Shown here piece by piece: positions 13,701-23,245 of a DNA stretch of 64,000 nucleotides (positions within the stretch are counted from its first letter, which is position 1; every line of letters starts with the position of its first letter). The stretch comes from Tubiluchus corallicola (lineage: Eukaryota; Animalia; Priapulida). The stretch lies in NCBI GenBank assembly GCA_030141605.1, contig JAQGDQ010000066.1, positions 124,001-188,000 of the forward strand, read 5' to 3'. The notes beneath the pieces were generated by a model, which saw only the letters and a program-made list of their open reading frames with translations, ran no database searches and was not told the DNA's origin. The position numbers were made by a program, and so were the translations under genes.

Positions 13701-16700
13701 TACACGTCATTGATACTAGCTTAAAGATATTGCTTAGCTAGCGTAACTCAGCAACTTGAACTGGTGCAGTTGTTTTGTAATAATAGATACTGTCGTGAAT
13801 TATAATGTTTCCGCTAATAATCTATTCTTCGTAAATGTGGAAATTTTTGATTTTTGTGATGTAGAATCAGTTTCCAAAAAGTGCTGCTTAATTTTTTAAT
13901 TTAACTTTTACAGTATATTGAACTTCTCCATTTGTCTTCTGGTCAAAATAAATAACTGTCATCTTTAAATTAATATATTTGTATTGTTTGTCACACTTGT
14001 ACTGCGATGTTGTTTGTTGTAAATATGTGTAAAAATGTGATTTCTGATGCGTAATTGCATGATTTAAAATAAAAAAGCGAAAATTGTTTGAGTAATAAGT
14101 AATTGTATCTGTTAATGTTGCAAACAATAAAATTAGTAAAAGTAAACTAATTGAATCTTGAACATTTTTAATCTAGATTTTTGTGGCTGGATCTATCGTA
14201 ACGTATTATCAGCCTTTGGTTCTTTCACATGAAGGGAGTTGTGTGTAGAAATTAATTTCATACTTTCTGCAAACACGCATTAACCGTGGTTTTCTATCCA
14301 TTGTATATTCATTGCAGCAGTGTATGAACATTAGTTTTTGCATTTATGTTACCATATCAGATTCGATAAGCAAACCAATAAATCACTAAATCAATATAAA
14401 TAGAAGGGATGATAATCAATGTCACCCATTGAGTCGAGAGTTTAACCCATCTGGCCAATAAAAAATAGCTAAAAATTATTCTTGCTTAGAAGTAAGTAAC
14501 AAGTTGTAAAGTCATTCACTGTTTAATTAATTACATAATTAAATTAGCTAACTCAACTATAGATTTTTAAAACAGCATTAAGCCAGAACTTTAAAAATCT
14601 GTTGTTCCACATTCAATTCACACCGTGTCAACTGATTATGGCAAGTCAAGTGTTGAGTGAAGTTTAAGCAGTTTAACTTTACACCTGTTGTTGCACTGAA
14701 TTTTTACTTTAGTCTGAACTTCTATTGTACAATGGGGTTTAAAATTGCTGGTTCTGGTACAATATGATTTTAACATGCAGAGGAAGCTTTAAAATCACTA
14801 TGGGTTTAATAGACTGGTTACTAATAAGCCATATTGTTTGTTTTGGTTTTCCTATAGATCAAGTCATACCCACAATGTGACTTGAGTATAGTGCAACACA
14901 AGCCTTTATTATATGTAATCATTAAATATTTTATTAGGTACTAGGTAGAAGCAGATTTTCTTCAGATGTTTCATGATTGATTGGCCTGCTTGCTGCTTAT
15001 GATAGGTTCTTTGAATGTGAAATCTATCTAATCTTGCTATAAAAACTGTTAGTTGTATTTTTGCTCTTTAGCTGACTTTAGATATTGGATGGGAATTTCC
15101 AATTTGTTATCATGTTGTTATGATCTCAGTACTAGTGCTTTAAAAAGTCACTTTTAGACATCGGTAATTGGTTATCACATTATTCAAACCTGTTAATCCT
15201 GTGTTTGTATGCCTGAAGGGTCTGCTTTGTGTACTTACAACTTGGTTAGCACTTTCACTGTTTGATGCTAGGCAAAATTTATCTAACAGATTTGCCTCGT
15301 GTGTTTAATAAGTTTTCAGGATAGGATTTTCTTTAAGACATTGTTTCATCATGTTAGAATTTTACGTTTGAAATGTTTATTTTATTTTGAATAAATTTTA
15401 AGTTGCCAACGGTTATTTAGTTTTCTATTCGAATGCAAATTTTCTTAATGTGTAGTTGTGTATTCAGCTTTTTTGCCCACTTATACCGAATGATAAAATT
15501 GTGCTGACAGTAAGAATTGTGAGCTCAGATGACATTAAAGATTTTAATCAAATTAACAGTATACTATATACTTTTTTTATTTACCATAAGCGCAATAAAA
15601 TTTGTTTAACAAAGCATGAGTACACACTTTGGGACAAAAAGATTTAAATCTGCAATGAAGGTGTCATTGTTTTCTATAATACTATTTAATATTTGTTCTA
15701 TTAATTTTTGTGTGGTGCAAGTTGTGCAGCCTGCCCCTTTAAATTGAAGCTATGAATAGATTAATGAAATATTTTGTAGCACATAATGGCAAAATTATTA
15801 GAGAAAATCTGATTAAAATAATCTTTTGTTTAACATTTTGTAGTTGGGTATGCACATCAGCTAATCCGGCAGATTTAGAACAGACAGATAAAATTGCTAC
15901 TGCTGTTTTAGAAGAAATTATCAAACAAGATGGTAATCTTTATTTTTCCATTGCAACTGATGCACCTAGATTTTAATATACTGAGATTTATTTCTGTTAA
16001 ATTACCCTTTTTCTCCCCTCTGTAAATTGAATTTCTCTCTGTCTGTCTCTCCCCCCATCTTTTCTCACTGCCCTGACTTCATACACATCATATTAATTTG
16101 CTGAAGCTTAGAAGTTCTCGACATTTTGTGACGTTTATGTTCCCAAGTTTTAGAACTTCACTGATTTTACTCTAAACATATACGACAAGTCTCTTAAAAT
16201 GTCTGTCATTTTACTGCTTTCTTACTGAGAAGCTTTTTTTGGAAAAAAACAGTATAAATATCCTCTTAGAAATGGTATAAAACTGTATATATATATATAT
16301 ATATATAAAACTGGTATATTCACACTATCGGTAGCCTTGACTTATTTATTCACAAGCAGTTTTTGTCAAATTTTCAGTTTACAGATTTTTTTTTATTACT
16401 CTGTTTTTATTATTCTATTTTTATTACTAAATTGATTACTAAATTTATGCAGGTGAACATATAGGAATTCTTAATTTAGGAAATGTAAGATATTCTCTAG
16501 AAGGATTTATATTAACGCTTAAGAACAGAAAAAGTTGATTGGGATTGAGTTGGTACTGTGGCCCGTATTGAAAATACTTGTTAATTTTAAAATCGACGAC
16601 TGATGGATCGATGACCGATGGAATGTGACTGTGTTGAATTTAACGCTGTGGCAGCTACAGTATCATTCCTGCTCTCTGTTGGTATGATGCTGTAAAGTGA

Positions 16701-19700
16701 ATAAATTAAGGGTTATAAGGAAAAGGCTAGTCACTAGCAAAAACATGTGTATTGAAATAAGTGATAAAATACATTTATTTAATGTATATAAGAAAAAGCA
16801 GTGGTCCTAGGGTAGATCCTTGTGGAATACCCTATGTAGATAAGAAAAAGCAGTGGTCCTAAGGTGGACCCATGTGATACGCCATAGTTTATGTTCTGCA
16901 TATGAAAGTACATGTAAAGACATACCGTACTCCATTTAAACCTGTTATTTTGCATATTTTTCAAATTGAAGGGGTGCAACAAAATTAAAACCAGTGGTGC
17001 CACTTGTGTCATTTTCAGTAGCTTCTGCTACATATTAATAAAAATAAATGTACTTCAATACATTTTTGACCAATCTTGTTATCTCTGCTTGTGCAAGTTA
17101 TTTGTGATATCGTTGTAGTACCTGGTGCAGTGCGGCAGCAGTATACTGATAACTTAGAATGGATTCGGCAAGCTGGAGACCACAAGTTAGTTGTCGGCTC
17201 ACAGGCAAGAATTCTTTACTCTGATCAGCAAGGTCGAATTGCTGTTGCTGTTGCATTCAATAAGGCAGTTGCCACTGGTCAATTAAAGGTTGGTATGTAC
17301 TGTGTTAGTAGTTTTTCATATTTAAATCAGTTATAATATGTTTTTCTGAGAGTCATTTGTTTTCCTGGAAACACATTTCCTCGTGCGATCCTTTTGAAGA
17401 CTGTGCTGAATAAAATTTTAGCGCTAGTTAAAGCATTCATCTCAAATTGCAGAATATTATAAGTGCTTTATGGGATTTTAGGACAACTTGTAATAAGCTT
17501 GGCTGAGTTTGAAGCAGTTTTCTTATAGTTTGAAAAAAGGAATGCCTAAATATTCTCTAAAGCTACCGGTATTATTTGTCTAGGCATTAATCACTTTGAA
17601 ATCAACACCTTACAATATAAAAGGCTATACCTGTTTCTTAACACATGTTCTTTGAAATAATTTTTAAGAATTGACAATCATTGTCTCTTAAATTTCAATT
17701 ATTAGGACATGCATTATGCAAGAAAAGACTGGGAGTACCGTATTTTCCCATGTATAAGAGACCCTTGTGTATAAGAGACCCCTTCAATTTTTAGGCAAAA
17801 ATTCTGGAAAAAAGTTTTCTGGTAATGAATAACTTCGGACATTTTTAGAGGGTAGAGTACAACTTTTTTCAACTCAGTGCGGTACTGAAAACAAAATAAA
17901 ACCAGTTAATGTGTTGTAGAAAAAGAGTACTGGTATATATTAAAGTGCGTACCTGCAAACCTGTAACAGGAAAAGAGAAAACGAGGAGATAATGCCTGTG
18001 TCACGATGCTTGTATTGCTTACAACCGCTTCATAGTCGAACGCGACACGCCTTGCTTAGGCTGACTCATCTCGTTGACCTCTGCCGACGTATCAATGACG
18101 TGTCACAATTTATGCATCTTATTGAAAAGACTTACTCCCATGTATAAGAGACCCCCTATTTTTAAAGTGAAAATTCTGAGCAAAAAAGGGTCTCTTATAC
18201 ACGGGAAAATACGGTATATATGACTTGATTCCTTTATATTATTGTTCCCGAATCCTGGTAGTTTATACCCATTGTTTACTAAAGAATTTTCAAGCGAAAC
18301 ACCAGCTTTAATGAATATTTTTAAATCTGCAGGCACCAGTTGTGATAAGTCGAGACCACCATGATGTCAGTGGTACTGACAGCCCATTTAGAGAAACCTC
18401 CAACATATATGATGGCTCATCTTACTGTGCAGGTGCAGCAACCTTTAACTCTTTCCTTTAAGTCTTTTAGAATTATACAGACTTTTAGAATGTAATTATT
18501 AAAGAGGCCCTGGTGATATTTTTGAACCCTTCTTGAAAAAGTTGTTTTGCAGCATGTTGCCAGCTAAATTTATGTTGTGGTTGTTTATATTATTACAAAT
18601 ATTAATTATGTTATTAACTAGAATTCAAGTAATTCGATTAGTATTGTATCCCTTGTATTATAAGCAAAATAGTGACTTCATTAGTGACTATTGATTTTTT
18701 ATGATCCATTTTATTTAGTATGTACCGTATGAAAGGTTAGCTGACCAGATATCAGTTTACTATCGTCTTTCTAGCTTGCTTACAGATATCACACGTTTCT
18801 GATTTTTGAAATATGGCGCTGCCGTGAATATCTTGTCTTTTTTAATTAATGGAGATATATATTGAAATTTAGTTTTCTTTTCTATGTGTACTAAACCTTT
18901 TTATTTTACCATTTTACCATAGATATGGCTGTACAAAATGTGATTGGAGATGCTTTTAGAGGTGCTACATGGGTTTCATTACACAACGGAGGAGGCGTTG
19001 GTTGGTAGGTTTTAAATTCCACTTTCTCTGCTAGTTGCTGCTCGTTTCTTTACGATGAGCAAACTTACAGTAAGTTTGAATTACATTAGCTTAGACTGTT
19101 TTAGTAGAGATAGCAGTGTGTAAACATTATTAGTATTATATGCCAATATATGGTGGCATCTGTTGTCAAAAAAAGTGAAGTATTATAAGTTGGTGCTGCA
19201 TTAATTCACAATCACTTCACATTGCAGTATATTTGTAGTCTATTTTGCAGTTGCAACTGCTCAACTTTGTCCTTGATTCCATTAATTGTGGTGAGTGGGG
19301 GTAAAATGATTAAGGATTAGTAGATTTATAAGACTGCCTGCATGTGCAGCTCACCTATCTGGTGAGTAAAAATTTACTTCAGAAAGTAAACAAGCAAAAC
19401 CCCTAACAAATTATGATTTAGTAATGGAGTAAAATAACTTGAAAAAAGTTGGCCAACCAACTTTTTACCATGTGATCCCGGGACACTTTTTTGTTCATAA
19501 CCACTGATCTGTGACACAGTGTTCCGATGGCCAGTATAATTTTTTTCTGATACATGTACCAAGACTTTATTTACTACACATGCCTATTAAGTACTAACAG
19601 TCTTACAGATAGTATAATTATACAATTCTGCTCGAATAATTATCATTGCAGGAATTACACTCTAATCTGCTTTTGCATTAAAACTTGGTAATCTCTTCCA

Positions 19701-20759
19701 GTAATTGACTTGGGAATAATTCAGCTATGAAGTAAATTTAATTAAATGACTGGAAATTTTTTGCACCGTTTCATTTTCACATTTTTGTGATGTATGATTA
19801 AGTTCCAAAACAACCTAGGGCCTTTGACTGAATGACACTAATAATGAAAACCAGGAAACCAAATACATTGAAAAGGTGGTATGATAGTGCTATTAATGTG
19901 CTAGCTGCTGATGATGGGAAAGATGCCTTTTACACTTTGAATCATTTGAGCAAGCAAATAATAGGGGAAAATATCTGACTTTCTCAAAAATTGAACCATT
20001 TTTCACCTATTAGGACAAATAAATTTCAAATCTTACTATTCCTTTAAGGAAGTAAAAAAATAGTTGTAATTTTTAACCTTATTTGATTATTGCTTAGGGG
20101 TGAAGCGATTAACGGAGGGTTTGGCTTAGTCTTGGATGGCACAACTGAAGCAGAAGAAAGAGCCCGCAGTATGTTAGCCTGGGATGTTTCCAATGGGGTA
20201 TATCTCATTATACTCTAAATGACGTGTTCTTATTCTGTGTTTTAACTGCCTAATAATTTTTACTAGAGTTTAAATGTAAAAGTGTTTCAGGTCTCTAGTA
20301 TTCAATAGCTTCCTGCCTGGAAATGATTGTCATTGCTCAAAATTTGACCTGAAAAAAGTCATTTCGTAGCATGTAAATGTCAGGGTTTGAATCTGAAGGA
20401 TGTTAACCCGCCATACACCCATCCCTCCCTCATCAGACAAGAAGCCTATTTTCCTTGGCAGTTCTATTTAGCAATTCTTTAATCAATTTTTACTTGAAGA
20501 TCGTTGTTTTATGTGTCTGTTTAAGATTTACACAAATTTACTTATTATTCATAGACTGGTTAAGTCTTGCAAGCTGTATTATTGTACTTGATACTTGCAG
20601 GTGGTACGTCGCTGTTGGTCAGGTAACAGTAATGCTCATCTCACAGCAGAACGTATGATGAGACAAGACAACAGGTTGGTCATCACTCTGCCCAATCATG
20701 TGGAAAATGACACCGTGTTAACGAATGCATTTAAAAATTGCAATGCTCAACAAAAATGA
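1758..20759 (+). CDS. UROC1: Urocanate hydratase (urocanase), 3' portion; 5' exons lie upstream of the window
   Basis: Exons 1758-1866, 15844-15932, 17119-17288, 18333-18432, 18923-19004, 20098-20197, 20601-20759 (TGA), all GT-AG and phase-consistent. The spliced peptide contains FRYPSYVQDIMGDVFSLGFGPFRWVCTS, HKLVVGSQARILYSDQ, PVVISRDHHDVSGTDSPFRETSNIYDGS and RGATWVSLHNGGGVGWGEAINGGFGLVLDG, which are typical eukaryotic urocanase motifs. Confidence 0.96.
2194..2490. repeat. 22-bp minisatellite, about 13 copies of TGTCTGATGC(G/T)TGAAAGTTTTT
   Basis: Head-to-tail units with no spacers. The 22-aa periodicity of ORF 2185..2496 equals 3 x 22 nt. Confidence 0.95.
2990..3481. mobile_element. Degenerate Tc1/mariner-like MITE
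   Basis: Left CAAGGTGTTTCCTAAGTCACTC versus reverse complement of the right end CACGGGCTGTTTCATAAGTCCCTC. The right end is followed by TA. Confidence 0.45.
8925..9085. repeat. Degenerate T-rich tandem repeat
   Basis: Recurring TTGTTTTCTTTTGTTTGCT, TTAGTTTTTAAA and TTCTGCTTTTTTAAG blocks. Confidence 0.55.
10381..12951 (+). CDS. Toll-like receptor (signal peptide, LRR ectodomain, TM, TIR), single coding exon, ~856 aa from ATG 10381
   Basis: Hydrophobic N-terminus; many LxxLxLxxNxI/L repeats; degenerate LRR-CT (MECGC...C...C); TM WLMYIGIGFGLAILLIVLILL; TIR box1 YDAYICYS, box2 LCVHHRDFPG, S.DFISGDWC.VEF, and box3 FWNKL. A splice acceptor TTTTGCAG ends at 10160, upstream of the ATG. Confidence 0.96.
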   Translation: MAMVSLLRCVAFVSFLMYACAARSTNNNMECDPMIDKDGKEIGIGCHVNSTNMVGVLNQIGHSNTIISVYSCQQHSEFDSGFARSVMHVLEELVINNCPVAHLPRVYYTGTPHMRCGLETHAPLRILNLRSNNITSIEPYAFYGLSKLEQLFLGYNNIMKLEQHTFNGLKSLKLLELAFNKISSIDAGTLPVIFPPHHLQEIINSEKSMEAFCYFPHLEEVYLNYNLLTLFSNATFIVNDFMAHIALPGSAIKDPQLLLNRLRPKLSLLNLQGNNLTEIEDYVFSGLPNLAKLLLGENLLQSIKNNSFAGLKNLKIMNLYKNMIETIESGTFSEMFQSEENDVSRFLLNLAENKIKKIKPGTFQNLNYLSYLQLDGNEIASLASDEFSGTDSLVQLDLGNNKLQYIPPELFTDMDTLTLVSLSGNRLSYLPANLFADSKNIWTLKLNNNSLTEKGLLAGLLDIPQLKSVDLSTNKLTRIPQGLFHNIPSLQSVSLVNNSISVIYPDDFKNLPELETVNASWNIITAVYRNSFVGTPSLTSLDLEGNSMLSFEEFSKNISTILKRNNREASSVLEIVLHGSVMECGCYDYESMKYLQEAVNDGKLILIGGHCYYKHDTTFWELNVVNLESMMEHCPQNFASVSYVEEQSSWKWLMYIGIGFGLAILLIVLILLKCSTSIQLACFSRYGVRILPKYHNSKGKTYDAYICYSRCNEHWVLTSLVPTLENRKHPYRLCVHHRDFPGTDYVNDCIVNAVKHSKATILVLSTDFISGDWCQVEFSAVHRNALREHRNEIIPVSLEYISQQYLTPELKHIMHRTRPISVEDPQFWNKLYLALPDPEIDQSSPMLNKYDKKIYV
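15091..15100. promoter_or_regulatory. Consensus NF-kB site GGGAATTTCC downstream of the TLR
   Basis: Exact match to GGGRNWYYCC about 2.1 kb after the TLR stop codon; function unproven. Confidence 0.3.
16781..16890 (-). mobile_element. LINE (CR1/L2-type) reverse transcriptase remnant, tandemly duplicated
   Basis: Minus strand encodes YGVSHGSTLGPLLFLIYI followed, in another frame, by GIPQGSTLGPLLFLIYI; both match the GVPQGSxLGPLLFLIYIND RT motif. Confidence 0.8.
17738..18214. mobile_element. pogo/Tigger-like (Tc1/mariner) MITE, copy 1
   Basis: TIRs CCGTATTTTCCCATGTATAAGAGACCC and GGGTCTCTTATACACGGGAAAATACGG, TA on both sides, subterminal TGTATAAGAGACCC repeats. A second copy lies at 62454-62896. 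Confidence 0.9.
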
Positions 20760-21047
20760 ATTGTGCTGTCGTTTTTGATTTTGTCGCCATTCTAATTATT
20801 GTGTCTTAGTGGATGTTTGGAAAGTTAGGCTAATTCATAATCTCGAGGACAGGTATCTTTCTTTTAATGGTTTTCCAAGTAATTATGTAGTTTGTGGTTT
20901 ATTTTACTAATGCCTTTTTTGGAAGAATTTTTACACATAATTTTATCTTACTTTTTACAATATTTTTGTAGTATTACAGTAAAACATGATTTGTGATTCT
21001 TCTATAAAATATTGTGCTCAAGTGTACTAATAATTTCAGTATACATA

Positions 21048-22175
21048 TTTTGCCACTATAATAATAACTTGTTTTAGAAATGTTTTATAGCTTTGAAAAA
21101 GTATTTTCATATTAATGTATACTTTTTACATGATTTTATATAATGCAAAACAAAGGCGTTGTTAGATAGTAGAATATGTGAAAGTGCTTCATTCTTAAAC
21201 ATGAACTTGTATATTACCAGCATTATGCATAAAGATGTCACTTATTAAAAAGAAAATGAGCATAAATTGCTTGTGTTCCGAGATTTCTATTATAAGTCAT
21301 ATTTCAATATAAAACTAATACATTGCGAGTGTTACTACTTTCTACAAAACATTGACTTATAATTAATGTATCAAAAGTGTATTTAGCATGAGCTTTATTT
21401 TTATATTCTATGTGTGATTTAGATAAAGGTAGCAAAGAATATGCAGATATTAAACTGACTGGTTAGTAGTAACAATGCTGAAGTCTGCTATTTTTCAGCT
21501 TTCTTTGCTACTGTATTTCTTATTCGATTATCATGATGCTGAATTGCAGCTAATATTATTATACAATTTCAAGATTTCATCAGCACTTGCTGGCCTTTGT
21601 AAATGAGAACATTAATAAATAATTGTGCATATAATAATAAAAGCCAAATTTTTATTTTGCTTGTGAGTCTCAAAACTTGGGTGTTGATTTTTGACAGTTT
21701 GAAAGCATGCAATTTAATACATGAGCAAGTATAAATAGTTTGCCACTGTATTAATAATTTGTTTTACAAATACCTTTATAAGGCAAAATAGACCAAAATA
21801 CCTGAAAAGCATTTTGCACATAATTACTACTACTATATAGTTTTACGCCTTTTCTTATAATGCAAAACATAAGGTCTGGTAGATAGTAACCATATGTGAA
21901 AGTGTTTTATTCTTAAACGGTACAATATGGTGGCAACTTGTAAACATAAATAAGTAGCATTTTACCTGTAATCAGCAACAGTATATACAATAACATGTTA
22001 ACTTAACAAAAACAAAATATAAGAGTAACTTGCTTAACTAGCATTCCAAGATTACAAATGGTTGTTCTAGCATTTAAAATTTTGTATTCTAAAGCAAAAT
22101 AGCATATTTCTAATTTCTATAAACTTGACTTATAAATAACATACAAACAAAAGGCATCTATATAACATGAGCTTA
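21048..22175. repeat. Diverged direct duplication (~350-430 bp blocks, ~700 bp apart) between the convergent 3' ends of UROC1 and CFAP20DC
   Basis: TTTGCCACT..AATAA.TTGTTTTA.AAAT and TATAATGCAAAACA..AGG....TAGATAGTA..ATATGTGAAAGTG...ATTCTTAAAC occur at ~21048-21400 and again at ~21739-22175. Confidence 0.75.
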
Positions 22176-23245
22176 AACTGGTGTTGAAAAGACTAGTTTA
22201 CAGTAACAGTTCTTGCGCTTTCCTTGTGCAGCTCAAAAATTTTTATCATTTAAATAAATGTTATTTAGTCCATACAGACAGCAATGTGTAGCCAAAGAAA
22301 TTACCGTATTCATAAAGATTTTGCAATACAGTAAAAACAATAAATGTGTTTTACTAGTTAATTATGTATATTTTTAAATTCAAGACTATTAACTGGTGAT
22401 GAAATCGATTAGAATTATTAAATTTCTTAAACCAATATACAGCAGTTCTAATTTGTCACATTTTTTCTTTTGGCCATATTAATTTGGCTTCAAAATTTAA
22501 TAAAAGGGATTTGTTCAACCTTTTCTAGTAACACAATGAGGTAAAGGAAAAATTATCCACAAAAGATGAATCAGTAACTCATTTGGATGGCTTAGGCTAA
22601 GTAAATAGGCATTTCTAGCAATTTCCCACATAAATTCACAATATTTTGCAAATGGGGAAAAGGACCAAGAACATTTTTTAAATAAATCTAGTGGGACTTA
22701 GCAAATTCTTGAAATTTGGCACTCTGTGGTTTCGCTTGTTGTTGTTTGTAAAAGTCATTTTGCAATGAAGAAAATCTTTGCAAGTTCCATCATTTGTCCA
22801 TATTTAATTTTAAATTTGGATTGTAATAACCATTGTTTACGCAAACAAAAAGTGCATTGTTTACACAAGCGAAAAGTGCATATGGCAAAATTTGTTTGAA
22901 TCAAAAGGGTAGCAAGGAAATGCTTAAAAAACCTAATGTTGTTTTGACAATTGAAAGTCATGTATTCAAAAGTATAAAGAAAAAATAATAAAAAATGATG
23001 TTATATTTTACCAATTGTAAATAATACCTTCCAACATCCTTTGAAAGAGGCTACAGAATATTATGAACTGCATAAGAAATGTTTTACGAATTCGCTCCAT
23101 ATTGGAATTTATCACAACAGTAATAAAACTAGAAGTAGCTAAAGCTGTAACTAAAGCTACAGATATCACAACACGAAACTAACCGTGCACTTTGTGTAAA
23201 GGTGTAACACATGTTACCATTTCGTTTAAAAAGTGATAAGAATAT

